The notes under the pieces are model-generated. The model saw only the letters and a list, made by a program, of their open reading frames with translations, did not search any database and was not told where the DNA came from. A stretch of 64,000 bases of DNA, taken from NCBI GenBank assembly GCA_030704615.1, contig CM060731.1:61628001-61692000 (forward strand). Reading direction: 5' to 3'. Each line of letters opens with the position of its first letter. The stretch's first letter is position 1. A program made the translations under genes and the position numbers. This DNA is from Takakia lepidozioides. Taxonomy: Eukaryota; Plantae; Bryophyta. This document shows positions 39,118 to 52,900 of the stretch, piece after piece.

Positions 39118-40023
39118 CACACCCCTACCAACAGGGAGTCGATGTCCTCATCGACTTGTCCATTTTGTAAAAACGAACATCCAAGTTGTGGCGTCCCACA
39201 TCAAGGAGTTTGTTTCCGCACCATGGCGTCCCATGGCAAAGAACCAAATTCCACACTTGGATCTACTCTCCACTAGCTAGTTCAGCCGACTTCCTCCAAG
39301 TCCCGGCCAAGGGTGGAGCCTCTCCAGCTCCTCCCAGTGCACTCTTCTTGGCCTACTTCAAGGCCAAGGAACGATCCTCCCCGAGGATCGAATCGCCTTA
39401 CTGCAACAACATTGCTTGCGATCGCTCATGATGCCACTTTTGGCATCACCTTGAGCAAGGGTTCACCTGGAACCCTCTTTGACTAGGAAGATAACCTTGA
39501 ACCAACCGTGCGCCCCAATCACTACAATTGGTTCCGCCTTGGAATGCTGGCCTGAGGTACGGGAACACGCCGAAGCCGCACTACGACTTCGTCCCGAGGC
39601 TACACGATTATAGTACGTGAACGGAAGCACGTAGCTTCCGCGTTAGCCCGCACTACAAGGCAACCCCCTCGGTAGCGCAGTTATAGTACGCGCACGCGCC
39701 AGGTGCGCACTAGCACGTGAACTCCCAAAGAAGGCGCAAGTTTCCTTGCCCCTTGGATGGGAGTCACCTGATTTCGGCACTGCGCAAACACACGATTAAC
39801 CCAATTTACCTCTCCCACTTTTGTAAGCTAGCATGCATTCTACACACTAGCCAACCACACCATGCATCACCATTCCAAACACAATAAGACGCACAATATT
39901 TGGAACCCATTTCCTTTATAACAAATTTTTGTACAATGCAAGTTTTTGCAATCGGATTTCTGAGCTAGCTAAACCGGGCTAAGCATGCATTTCCTCCCCC
40001 ACGCTCCAAGGTTGATGTCCCCA

Positions 40024-43000
40024 TCAACGCTTCTTCCGCTTTTGAGGTCGTCCTTCGAAAGCTACAACCGCCTCGGATTCGTTTCCCATTTCTGAGGCAC
40101 GCACCCAAGATGCCTCCACATGATGATAGCCCTTCCATTTGACGAGATACTCCGTTTCTCGGTTCCTGAACCTCCTCGACTTAAGTATTGCCTCCACCTC
40201 GTACTCAGGTTCATTTTCATGATCCAACAGCATAGGTGGCGGACGCAACACTTGATGCCGATTCGGACGCGCTTCATCTTTGAAGTAAGGCTTCAAAAGG
40301 GAGACATGGAATACTGGGTGCACCTTGCTGTTTGCCGGCAGCTCCAATTCATACACATCCTCATTCATAACCTTCCGAATGCGAAAGGGTCCCGCATACG
40401 GAGGTACGAACTTTGGACTCACTTCCGGAGGTAGTCGGAAATTCTTGATGTTCAACCAGACCTCTGTGCCTGCCTCAAACTTCACTTCCCTCCGCTTCCG
40501 ATTCGCCTGCCTTTCATACCGTTTCCTAGCTTTGGCAATATTGTACTTTGCGAGCTTCAACAAACGCTCGCGTTCTTCCAGTACCGCCGCTACTGCCGGT
40601 TCCTCAACGTCCTGGGCGGCCCAACTTGTCGGCACCAGAGGTGCTTTTCCATAGACCAATACGAAAGGGGAAACTCCCGTTGCGGAGTATTCTGTGTTAT
40701 TATAACAGAACTCTGCCGCGTCTAAGTGTTCCATCCAGTCTGATTGGTCTGCCGACACGTAATTCCGCAAGATCTGCTTCACTACGGAATTCACTCTTTC
40801 CGTTTGGCCGTCCGTTGTAGGTCGGAAGGCGGTGCTCATCTTCAGCCTCGTCCCCATCTTCTTCCAAAGTGCTCTCCAGAATTAACTCGTAAACTTTGGA
40901 TCGCGGTCCGAGACAATATCCTTCGGGACTCCATGATGCTTTAAGACGTGGGCGAAGTAAAGTCGTCTTGTCTCCTGCGCCGTTGCCGTCTCCTTGGTGG
41001 GGATGAAATGGCCCATTTTACTGAACCTATCTACCACCACCATGATTGCATCGAATCCTTTTGACAGCGGCATAGCAGTCATGAAATCCATCGAGACGCT
41101 TTCCCAAGTCCCCTCTGGAATCGGCAAGGGTTGTAACTGCCCCGCTTGCTTTTTGTACTCGCTCCGGTTTTGTTGGCATGTGGTGCATGTCTTGACATAC
41201 TCCTCTGCCTCCTCCCTCAATTTGGGCCAGAAATACTCTTTCTTCAAGAGTGCCGCAGTGCGCTTGGCTCCGCCGTGGCCCGCAAGCGGGCTATCATGGC
41301 ATTCTCTCAAGAAACTATTCTTGATCCCTCCCTTCGGCACGTAGAGACGCTTTTGCTTATACTGGAGCAGTCCATTTTGCAAGTGGAACTGCGATTTAAC
41401 CCCCATCCTCAAGTCCTGCAACACGGACTTCGCCAGCTCATCCTTCCGGCAAGCCTTCCGGATCTTCTTTGGAGCGCCGTCTCGCCCTTGTACACCAACA
41501 AGAGCTGCTGCTTTCTACTTAAAGCATCGGCCACCACATTGTCCCGTCCCGGTTTGTACTGGATATCCACGTCGAACACCGCCAAAGTATCTTGCCACCT
41601 AAGTTGTTTTGGGGACAACTTGGGCTGCGTGGCAAAATACTTCACTGTGACATTGTCCGTGAACACCTTCACTGGGTTGGAACCAACATAGTGGCGCCAA
41701 AGCTCAAGGCAATGCACCACCGCCTTCATCTCTTTTTCGTGCGTCGGCCACCGTCGCTCCACTTCATTCAGTTTCTTACTTTCGTAAGCCACTGGACGTC
41801 CATCTTGCATAAGTACTCCCCCAATCGCGAAGTCCGACGCATCTGTATGAATCTCAAATGGACGATCGAACTCCGGGATTTTCAAGACTGGAGCTTCCGC
41901 CATCCGCTGCTTCAATTCAGCAAAAGCTTGGCCACAAAAGGTGTTCCATGCCCAGACTTTAGATTTACACAGAAGGTCTGACAGCGGTCCCGCAATCTTG
42001 GCGAAATTTCTCACATACTTCCGGTAATAGGAGGCGAGTCCTAGGAAGGATCGCACTCCCGGGACCAAAGTCGGAGGCTCCCAGTCCAAGATCGCCCTCA
42101 CCTTTCTGTCATCCATTTTGATCCCATCCTGTGTAATCACATGCCCCAAGAACTCCACTTTCGTGACCCCGAATTCGCACTTTGAAGCTTTGGCATACAG
42201 CTTCCCTTTTCGCAATTTTTGGAACACCCTTTTGAGGTGCTCCAGGTGCTCCTCCTTTGTTTTCGAGTACACCAAGATGTCGTCGATGTACACGATCACA
42301 AAGTCATCCAACCACTTCTGGAAAAGGCTGTTCATCAGCGTGCTAAATGTCGCTGGTGCATTGGTGAGCCCAAAAGGCATCACCAAGAAATCATATGAAC
42401 CATACCTTGTCCTGCACGTGGTCTTCTCCTCATCTCCTTCCGCCACCCGAATTTGGTGATAGCCGGAGCGCAAGTCGATCCGGGTGAAATACTTCGCTCC
42501 TGCCAACCGATCGAAGAGGTCGTCGATCCTTGGCAAAGGGTACCGGTTTTTTATAGTCACCTTATTCAGAGCCCTGTAATCGACACACATCCGCAGCGTC
42601 CCATCCTTCTTGTCTGCAAATAGCACCGGGGCTCCGTAAGGTGACTTACTCGGCCGGATGTACCCCTTTGACATTAGATCCTTGAGCTGAGTCTTCAGCT
42701 CGACCAACTCTCTGTGGCTCAACCGGTAGGGCGCCTTGGCAGGCGGTTCCGATCCTGGTATCACCTCAATCTTGTGGTCAACTCCTCTTCGCGGTAGCAA
42801 GCCGCTTGGTAAATCCTCCGGCATCACATCCTGGTATTTCTCCAAAATCCCTTGATCCAATCTGGGCTCGGCTCCCCATCGCCTTCTCCCTTCACTTCTC
42901 TAATGTAAAGCAAAAACTGGGGCTCGTGTGTCTCCTCCACGGCCCACTCCCTTGCTGACAGAAGGTTTATTCGCACTCCCACGGATTTGGGCATTTCTGA

Positions 43001-44582
43001 CACTCGTAAAACCTCGCCACCATTCCCACATGGCAGCGTGACTACTCTCTTGCGGCCATCTATGACCGCTCCGGATTTGCTCAAAAAGGTCATCCCCAAA
43101 ATGAGATCCACTCCATCGATCTCGCAGATGGTGAAGTTCTCACGTCCCTCCCAACTCCCCAGTTGAAGAGGAACATCAATCGCCAACCTGTCGCCAACTG
43201 TGGTTCTCCTTTGGCAGAACGCACCTCAATAGAGGCCCCCACGTCACTTGTCGGGAGTCCCAGCTTTTGTGCCGTTGCCGGTGTCATGAAGGAGTGCGAC
43301 GCTCCTGTGTCCACCAACAACGACATATTAGTTCCGGATATTATCCCATCCACGAACAATAACTGACTCCCTTTTTTTAAGGCGCCAGTTTCCTGATACA
43401 ACTCACAAGAAAATTTGCCTACCTTGCAAGTCCTGGCGACCACCGCTTCCACCAAGCGGCTGATGGTATCTTCCAGCAGCTCCGTGGTCGCCCGAGTCAT
43501 GTTCAATTGCCGGGGCTTCGTGCACTTCTTGGGCATGTGCCCGGGCTCCCCGCAATTGAAACACACTCCATCAAAGGTCGCCTTTTGTCCGCCATAAGCC
43601 GCTCCACCCGCTTTTCCTTTCGAAGCACCGGGTGCCGGCTTGACGTGTGAAGGCCCTCCCTTCGATTTCCACGTGCCATTTTCGCCACGTGGCCTATCCC
43701 ACTTCTTTTCCGGTCGGAAGGAGTCACCTTCCCGCCGAATCTTCTTGTGGTTTAGCTCCGTACGGCCTTGTCTTTCACCCCTAGGGACATCTGAGAAACA
43801 TTCAGCCCTCTCAATAGCCTCGTTCAAAGTCTTGGGTGGTTTCTCCTCCAACTTCCGTCTGGCCCATGGGGCCAGTCCCGCCACAAAGTTGAAGACCATT
43901 TCTGGTTTTGCCATGTCCGCGACTTCGAGCAACAGCACATTGAAAGTCTGGACATACCCCCGAATGTCATATGTTTGCTTCAAATTCCTCATCTTGTCCC
44001 GGGCAAGCCAGGACGCGTTGAGGGGCACAAACTGTCTCTTCATCAATTCCTTGAACCCACTCCAGTTCAAGGTTTCCGGGCTTGGACCTCGGTCGTGAAG
44101 GCGTTTCTACCACCATTGTTGAGCATAGCCCCTCAAATAGGTGGGAGCCACTTTCACCCGATCCTCGTCACTCAACTTGGCCGCCCGGAAATACTGCTCT
44201 AGCTCCAGGAGCCAGGTATTGAGTGCCTTCCGATTTCGGACGCCCTCGAAGGTGCCGGGTTCCTTAGGCTTCACCTTAAACTTTGCCTTAGTGGAAGTGG
44301 CATTAGCCGCCTTCAACACGTCTTTCAACGTCCCGCCAAACTGCGCCAACAACCCTTCCCAAAGGCTGCCGGCATGGGAGGCATCTCTTGGTTTGTCGGA
44401 GCTCTCAAGGATTCCTCGGGCTCCGACTCCTCGGATTCCTCCCGCTCTTGAGCGGCCTCGTTTTCGGAAACATGCATCGCTTCCTCAAACGGCCGCCTCG
44501 GTGACACGTCGCCCCCATCGGGCTCACCAGGATCATCATCTTTTGGGCCATTCCGCTTTCGCTTCGGCTTGCCCGACCCCAT
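40024..44582 (-). pseudogene. gag-pol polyprotein of Gypsy copy 1 (disrupted)
   Basis: CFNCGEPGHMPKKC; LVDTGASH; [13 protein letters not shown] and YIDDIL; RNase [10 protein letters not shown]; integrase HDSPLAGH...CTTCQ, MDF, SDRD, DGQTERVN; GPF module; chromodomain EYEVEAIL...YLVKWKGY. Two in-frame stops and four 1-nt frameshifts. Confidence 0.95.
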
Positions 44583-44637
44583 GATGAGGCCAATCCCAAG
44601 GACGATCGCGTACTGAACTCTAAGCTCTGATACCAAG

Positions 44638-45366
44638 TGTCGCGCACCTCACTTCGGTAAGCTCCCCTTCAAGTCATAGTTACTCGCTTTGATGCGCGCG
44701 CCTGACTCCCAACCTGGCCGCCCGGGCCAACTTGGAGCTTCGGCTGCTCACCGGGACATAACGGTCCCCCCCTTCGCTTCCCTCTAAACCCTCCACCTAA
44801 TTGAGACTAGGAGAATTCCCTTTGGTAGATGGCAGTCCGGAACAGCTCCCCACTCTTTGGTCGCTTTCCGGCTCGCTCGCTTACTCACTAGTTTTTGGTC
44901 ACCAACGGGCTTGCACCGTTCTCGGGGTTACTACTCCCTATATATACTTCTGTAGCTATCCGCGGGGGTTCCACAACCAGCCATGCCATTTTATGGCGAA
45001 CCACCACGAAAACCCTCGACTCCCGGTGATGAGTCGCGGTGAGTCTTGGCCCGCTCACCACGGCCCCTATGGACCGTGATGAGTCCCAAAACTCCCCACG
45101 ACTCCCACCACGAGGTCTCCGCCCCCATGGTGAGTCCTATGCCACCCCCACTAAGTCCCGCTAAGCTACCATCACCCCTTGTGGAGCCACCCCCACCGCA
45201 ACCCGGTGTGCGGGGCTTCCACCTAGTGAGCGCCTCTGCTTCCCTGAGTGCCTTGGGCACTCAAGGGTGCTTCAGCCCCCCATACCTATCGCTGCCGCTG
45301 CCCCCACCACAGGGGCAGCCCCTCATGTGTCCCGACCCCCTGCCCTCAAGGCAAAGGGCCGCGACA
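44638..45366 (-). repeat. 5' LTR of Gypsy copy 1
   Basis: Followed on the minus strand by a 2-nt spacer and the PBS TGGTATCAGAGC. Confidence 0.95.
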
Positions 45367-46459
45367 CAGTGGCGACTGCAGCATACCTCCAGAATCGACT
45401 TCCTACTAAGGCAATCTCTACAAAGACACCTGAAGAGGTTTGGAAGGGTGAGAAACCTTTAGTTGATCATTTGCGCGTCTTTGGGTGTGTTGCATTTGCC
45501 CATGTTCCAAAAGAAGTAAGGAAGAAATTGGATGCAAAAGCAATCAAGTGTATCTTCATTGATTATTGTGAAGAAACCAAAGGGTATAAGTTGTATAACC
45601 CTGAGAACAAGTATGTGATCATCAGTCATGATGTGATATTCAGTGAGTCCAAGATCATTCATCAGGAAACAATAGTTCCAAGTTTGGACCATGAAAAAGA
45701 GAATTTGGCTCTAACACATAAAGGTAAAATGGAAGAGAAGATTGTTGAAGAGATAGTTGAGGTTCAAATGGAGGAGGTACAATCTACTATGATTGAAAAA
45801 CCCTCAAATGTATCTTCTGCCTATTTCATTGACAGTGATGAACCTCAAAGTGTGTCAGATGCAATGAGGAGTGAGAACTCTTTACACTGGAAGGAAGCTA
45901 TGACATCTGAGTTTAAGTCTCTTCAGGATAATAAGACTTGGAGTCTTGTTCAACTTCCATCTGGACGGCAGACTATTGGCTGCAAATGGATTTTCAAGGT
46001 TAAGTACAATGTAGATGGTTCTGTAGCAAGGTACAAAGCGCGCTTGGTTGCAAAGGGGTTTTCACGGTATTGATTAAAATGAAACCTTCTCCCCTGTTGC
46101 ACGGATGGAGTCAATTCGATTGATTCTAGCGTTTGTTGCTGTTGAAAATCTTGAGGTACATCAGATGGATGTATGTACAACCTTTCTCAATGGAGATCTT
46201 ATGGAAGAAATATACATGGACTAGCCAAAGAATTTTCCTTTAAAAGGGAACGAAAGAATGGTGTGTAAGCTCCTCAAGTCCTTGTATGGTTTGAAGCAAT
46301 CCCTAGGGCATGGAATGCTAAGGTTGATGCATATTTCATGGCTGAAGAGTTTGAGAGGGGCTCTGCTGATTATAGTGTTTACTATAAGAGGGTTCATGGA
46401 AACTCTTTTGTGATCATGACACTGTACGTTGATGATCTGATTTTGGTCTCTAATGACTT

Positions 46460-46699
46460 GGCTCTGTTGAAACACATATAGAGTAATATCTCAAAGGAAT
46501 TTGAGATAGTGGATCTGAAAAAAATCATGTGATCATGTGTTGATCAGGCTTTGTTGAAAAAGACAGAATAATATCTCAAAGAGGTTTGAGATAGTGGATC
46601 TGAAAGAGATCCTGTGATCATGTGTTGATCAGGCTCTGTTGAAAAAGACAAAGAGCGATATTTCGATGAAGTTTGAGATGGTGGATCTGAAAGAGATTC
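46460..46699 (+). repeat. Three diverged ~86-bp tandem units inside the Copia RT
   Basis: GGCT.TGTTGAAA...ATAT.TC.A....TTTGAGAT.GTGGATCTGAAA at 46460, 46547 and 46632, joined by TGTGATCATGTGTTGATCA. Confidence 0.9.
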
Positions 46700-46979
46700 A
46701 GTACTGCTTGGGGGTATCAGTAACTCTTGTTCGACAAGACCGAGCGATTTCCCTGAACCAGCGTAAGTATCTGGAAGATATCTAAAGGCGATTTGGTATG
46801 GCTGAAAGTATGCCGGTAAATACCCCGTTTGTCCCAAATTGCAAACTCTCAAAGGAGATGAGTCCTAAGAATGCTGCAGACTTGGAGGCAATGAGAGATG
46901 TTCCCTATCAGAATGTTGTGGGAAGTCTCATGTATGCAATGGTCTATACTAGGCTAGATATTGCACAAGCAGTGGGGGT

Positions 46980-49900
46980 TGTCGCGCACCTCACTTCGGT
47001 AAGCTCCCCCCTCAAGTCATAGTTACTCGCTTGATGCGCGCGCCTAACTCCCAACCTGGCCGCCGGGCCAACTTGGAGCTCCGGCTGCTCACCGGGGCAT
47101 AACGGTCCCCCTTTGATCGCCCAAAGAACCCTCCAACGATTTGGAACCAGCGGAATTCCCTTTGGTAGTTGGCAGTCCGGAACAGCTCCCCACTCTTTGG
47201 TCGCTTTCCGGCTCGCTCGCTTACTCACTAGTTTTTGGTCACCAACGAGCTTGCACCGTTCTTGGGGTTACTCCTCCCTATATATACTTCTGTAGCTGTC
47301 CGCGGGGGTTTCACAAACAACCACGCCATTTTATGGCGAACCACCACGAACACCCTCGACTCCCGGTGATGAGTCGCGGTGAGTCTTGGCCCACCCACCA
47401 CGGCCCCTATGGACCGTGATGAGTCCCAAGACTCCCCACGACTCCCACCACGAGGTCTCCGCCCCAGGGTGAGTCCTATGCCACCCCCACTAAGTCCTGC
47501 TAAGCTACCACCACCCCTTGTGGAGCCACCCCCACCGCAACCCGGTGTGCGGGGCTCCACCTAGTGAGCGCCTCCGCGTCTTTGAGTGCCTTGGGCACTC
47601 AAGGGTGCTTCAGCCCCCCATATCTATCGCTGCCACTGCCCCCACCACAGGGGCAGCCCCTCTTGTGTCCCGACCCCCTGCCCTCAAGGCAAAGGGCCGC
47701 GACACACACCCCTACCAATAGGGAGTCGATGTCCTCATCGGCTTGTCCATTTTGTGGAAATGAACATCCAAGTTGTGGCGTCCTACATCAAGGAGTTTGA
47801 TCCCATGGCAAAGAACCAAACCCCACACTTGACTCTACTCTCCACTAGCTAGTTCGGCCGACTTCCTCCAAGTCCCGGCCAAGGGTGGAGCCTCTCAAGC
47901 TCCTCCCAGTGCACTCTTCTTGGCCTACTTCAAGGCCAAGGAACGATCCTCTCCGAGGATCGAATCGCCTTACTGCAACAACATTGCTTGCGACCACTCA
48001 TGATGTCGCTTTTGGCATCACCTTGAGCAAGGGTTCACCTCGAACCCTCTTTGACTAGGAAGATAACCTTGAACCAACTGTGCGCCCCAATCACTACAAT
48101 TGGGTCCGCCTTGGAATGCTGGCCTGAGGTACGGGAACACGCCGAAGCCGCACTACAACTTCGTCCCGAGGCTACACGATTATAGTACGTGAACGGAAGC
48201 ACGTAGCTTCTGCGTTAGCCCGCACTACAAAGCAACCCCCTCGATAACGCAGTTATAGTATGCGCCCGCGCCAGGTGCGCACTAGCACGTGAACTCCTAA
48301 AGAAGGCGCAAGTTTCCTTGCCCCTCGGATGGGAGTCACCCGATTTCGGCACTGCGCAAACACACGATTAACCCAATTTACCTCTCCTACTTTTGTAAGC
48401 TAGCATGCATTCTATACACTAGCCAACCACACCATGCATCAACATTCCAAACAAAATAGGACGCACAACATTTGGAACCCATTTCCTTTATAACAAATTT
48501 TTGTACAATACAAGTTTTTGCAAACAGATTCCTAAGCTAGCTAAGCCGGGCTAAGCATGCATTTCCTCCCCCACACTCCAAGGTTGATGTCCCCATCAAC
48601 GCTTCTTCCGCTTTTGAGGTCGCCCTTCGAAAACTGCAACCGCCTCGGATTCGTTTCCCATTTCTGAGGCACGTACCCAAGATGCCTCCACATGATGATA
48701 GCCCTTCCATTTGACGAGATACTCCGTTTCTCGGTTTTTGAACCTCCTCGACTTAAGTACTGCCTCCACCTCGTACTCAGGTTCATTTTCATGATCCAAC
48801 AGCACAGGTGGCAGACGCAACACTTGATGCCGATTCGGACGCGCTTCATCTTTGAAGTAAGACTTCAAAATGGAGACGTGGAATACTGGATGCATCTTGT
48901 TGTTTTCCGGCAGCTCCAATTCATACACATCCTCATTCATAACCTTCCGGATGCGAAAGGGTCCTGCATACGGAGGTACGAACTTTGGACTCACTTCCGG
49001 AGGTAGTCGGAAATTCTTGATGTTCAACCAGACCTCTGTGCCTGCCTCAAACTTCACTTCCTTCCGCTTCCGATTCGCCTGCCTTTCATACCGTTTCCTA
49101 GCTTTGGCAATGTTGTACTTTGCGAGCTTCAACAAACGCTCGCGTTCTTCCAGTACCGCCGCTACTGCCGGTTCCTCAACGTCCTGGGCGGCCCAACTTG
49201 TCGGCACCAGAGGTGCTTTTCCATAGACCAATACGAAAGGGGAAACTCCCGTTGCGGAGTGTTCTGTGTTATTATAACAGAACTCTGCCGCGTCTAAGTG
49301 TTCCACCCAGTATGTTTGGTCTGCCGATACGTAATTCCGCAAGATCTGCTTCACTACGGAATTCACTCTTTCCGTTTGGCCGTCGGTCGTAGGTCGGAAG
49401 GCGGTGCTCATCTTCAGCCTCGTCCCCATCTTCTTCCAAAGTGCCCTCCAAAATTCACTCGTAAACTTTGGATCGCAGTCCGAGACAATATCCTTCGGGA
49501 CTCCATGATGCTTTAAGACGTGGGCAAAGTAAAGTCGCCATGTTTCCTGCGCCATTGCCGTCTCCTTGGTGGGGACGAAATGGCCCATTTACTGAACCTA
49601 TCCACCACCACCATGATTGCATCGAATCCTTTTGACAACGGCATAGCAGTCATGAAATCCATCGAGACGCTTTCCCACGTCCCCTCTGGAATCGGCAAGG
49701 GTTGTAACTGCCCCGCTTGCTTTTTGTACTCGCTCCGGTTTTGTTGGCATGTGGTGCATGTCTTGACATACTCCTCTGCCTCCTCCCTCAGTTTGGGCCA
49801 GAAATACTCTTTCTTCAAGAGTGCCGCAGTGCGCTTGGCTCCGCCGTGGCCCGCAAGCGGGCTATCATGGCATTCTCTCAAGAAACTATTCTTGATCCCT

Positions 49901-52900
49901 CCCTTCGGCACGTAGAGACGCTTTTGCTTATACTGGAGCAGTCCATTTTGCAAGTGGAACTGCGATTTAACCCCCATCCTCAAGTCCTGCAACACGGACT
50001 TCGCCAGCTCATCCTTCCGGCAAGCCTTCCGGATCTTCCTTTGGAGCGCCGTCTCGCCCCTGTACACCAACATGAGCTGCTGCTTTCTACTTAAAGCATC
50101 GGCCACCACATTGTCCCGTCCCGGTTTGTACTGGATATCCACGTCGAACACCGCCAAAGTATCTTGCCACCTAAGTTGTTTTGGGGACAACTTGGGCTGC
50201 GTGGCAAAATACTTCACCGTGACATTGTCCGTGAACACCTTCACTGGGTTGGAACCAACATAGTGGCGCCAAAGCACCACCGCCTTCATCTCTTTCTCGT
50301 GCGTCGGCCACCGTCGCTCCACTTCATTCAGTTTCTTACTTTTGTAAGCCACTGGACGTCCATCTTGCATCAGTACACCCCCAATCGCGAAGTCCGACGC
50401 ATCTGTATGAATCTCAAATAGACGATCGAACTCCGGGATTTTCAAGACTGGAGCTTCCGCCATCCGCTGCTTCAATTCAGCAAAAGCTTGGCCACAAAAG
50501 GTGTTCCATGCCCAGACTTTGGATTTACACAGAAGGTCTGACAGCGGCCCCGCGATCTTGGCGAAATTTCTTACATACTTCCGGTAATAGGATGCGAGTC
50601 ATAGGAAGGATCGCACTCCTGGGACCGAAGTCGGAGGCTCCCAGTCCAAGATCGCCCTCACCTTCCTGTCATCCATTCTGATCCCATCCTGTGTAATCAC
50701 ATGCCCCAGGAACTCCACTTTTGTGACCCCGAATTCGCACTTTGAAGCTTTGGCATACAGCTTCCCTTCCCACAATTTTTGGAACACCCTTTTGAGGTGC
50801 TCCAGGTGCTCCTCTTTTGTTTTCGAATACACCAAGATGTCGTCGATGTTCACGATCACAAAGTCATCCAACCACTTCTGGAAAAGGCTGTTCATCAGCG
50901 TGCTAAAGGTCGCGGGTGCATTGGTGAGCCCAAAAGGCATCACCAAGAACTCATATGAACCATACCTTGTCCTGCACGCGGTCTTCTCCTCATCTCCTTC
51001 CGCCACTCGAATTTGATGATAGCCGGAGCGCAGATCGATCCGGCTGAAATACTTTGCTCCTGCCAACCGATCGAAAAGGTCGTCGATCCTTGGCAAAGGA
51101 TACCGGTTTTTGATAGTCACCTTATTCAAAGCCCTATAATCGACACACATCTGCAGCGTCCCATCCTTCTTGTCTGCGAATAGCACCGGGGCTCCGTAAG
51201 GTGACTTACTCGGCCGGATGTACCCCTTTGACATTAGATCTTTGAGCTGAGTCTTCAGCTCGACCAACTCTCTGTGGCTCAACCGGTAGGGCGCCTTGGC
51301 AGGCGGTTCCGATCCCGGTATCACCTCAATCTTGTGGTCAACTCCTCTTCGCGGTGGCAAGCCGCTTGGTAAATCCTTCGGCATCACATCCTGGTATTCT
51401 CCAAAATCCCCTTGATCCAATCTGGGCTCGGCTCCCCATCGCCTTCTCCCTTCACTTCTCTAATGTAAAGCAAAAACTGGGGCTCGTGTGCCTCCTCCAC
51501 GGCCCACTCCCTTGCTGATAGAAGGTTTATTCGCCCTCCCACGGGTTTGGGCGTTTCCAACACTCGTAAGACTTCGCCACCATCCCCACATGGTAGCGTG
51601 ACTACTCTTTTGCGGCCATCTATGACCGCTCCGGATTTGCTCAAAAAGGTCATCCCCAAAATGAGATCCACTCCATCGATCTCGCAAATGGTGAAGTTCT
51701 CACGTCCTTCCCATTTCCCCAGTTGAAGAGGACATCGAACGCCAACCTCGTCGCCAATTGCGGTTCTCCTTTGGCAGAACGCACCTCAATAGAGGCCCCC
51801 ATGTCACTTGTCGGGAGTCCCAGCTTTTGTGCCGTTGCCGGTGTCATGAAGGAGTGCGACGCTCCTGTGTCCACCAACAATGACACGTTAGTTCCAGATA
51901 TTATCCCATCCACGAACAATAACTGACTCCCTTTACGTAAGGCGCCAGTTTCCTGATACAACTCACAAGAAAATTTGCCTACCTTGCAAGTCCTGGCGAC
52001 CACCGCTTCCACCAAGCGACTGATGGTATCTTCCGACAGCTCTGTGGTCGCCCGAGTCATGTTCAATTGCCGGGGCTTCGTGCACTTCTTGGCCATGTGT
52101 CCGGGCTCCCCGCAATTGAAACACACTCCATCAAAGGTCGCCTTCTGTCCGCCATAAGCCGCTCCACCCGCTTTTCCTTTCGAAGCACCGGGTGCCGCCT
52201 TGACTTGTGAAGGCCCTCCCTTCGGTTTCCACGTGCCATTGTCACCGCGTGGCCTATCCCACTTCTTTTCCGGTCGGAAGGAGTCACTTTCCCGCCGGGT
52301 CTTCTTTGTGGTTCAGCTCCGTACGGCCTTGTCTTTCATCCTTAGGGACATCCGAGAAACATTCAGCCCTCTCAATTGCCTCGTTCAAAGTCTTAGGTGG
52401 CTTCTCCTCCAACTTCCGCCTGGCACATGGGGCCAGTCCCGCCACAAAGTTGAAGACCATTTCTGGTTCTGCCATGTCCGCGACTTCGAGCAACAGCACA
52501 TTGAAAGCCTGGACATATCCCCGAATGTCATCTATTTGCTTCAAATTCCTCATCTTGTCCCGGGTGAGCCAGGACGCGTTGAGGGGCACAAACTGCCTCT
52601 TCATCAATTCCTTGAACCCACTCCAGTTCAAGGTTTCCGAGCTTGGACCTCGGTCGTGAAGGCGTTTCTGCCACCATTGTTGAGCATAGCCCCTCAAATA
52701 GGTGGGAGCCACTTCCACCCGATCCTCGTCACTCAACTTGGCCGCCCGGAAGTACTGCTCTAGCTCCAAGAGCCAGGTGTTGAGTGCCTTCCGATTTCGG
52801 ACGCCCTTGAAGGTGTCGGGTTCCTTAGGTTTCACCTTAAACTTTGCCTTAGTGGAAGTGGCATTAGCCGCCTTCAACATGTCTTTCAACGTCCCGCCAA

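Larger units (their letters stand above)
38389..45366 (-). mobile_element. Full-length Ty3/Gypsy chromovirus (Galadriel-like), copy 1
   Basis: 729-bp LTRs at 38389-39117 and 44638-45366 (TGTCGCG...CGCGACA); TSD CAGTG at 38384-38388 and 45367-45371; tRNA-iMet PBS at 44624-44635; order gag-PR-RT-RH-INT-chromodomain. Confidence 0.97.

Noticed and set aside
38552-39431. Pro-rich ORFs within LTRs, and LTR-Copia fusion ORFs (45267-46073, 53785-54387)
   Set aside because: By-products of GC-rich LTR sequence and chance in-frame junctions; not preserved between LTR variants because of indels.
42824-43200. Programmed ribosomal frameshifts in Gypsy pol
   Set aside because: The indels lie at different bases in the two copies, and the consensus is a single ORF.
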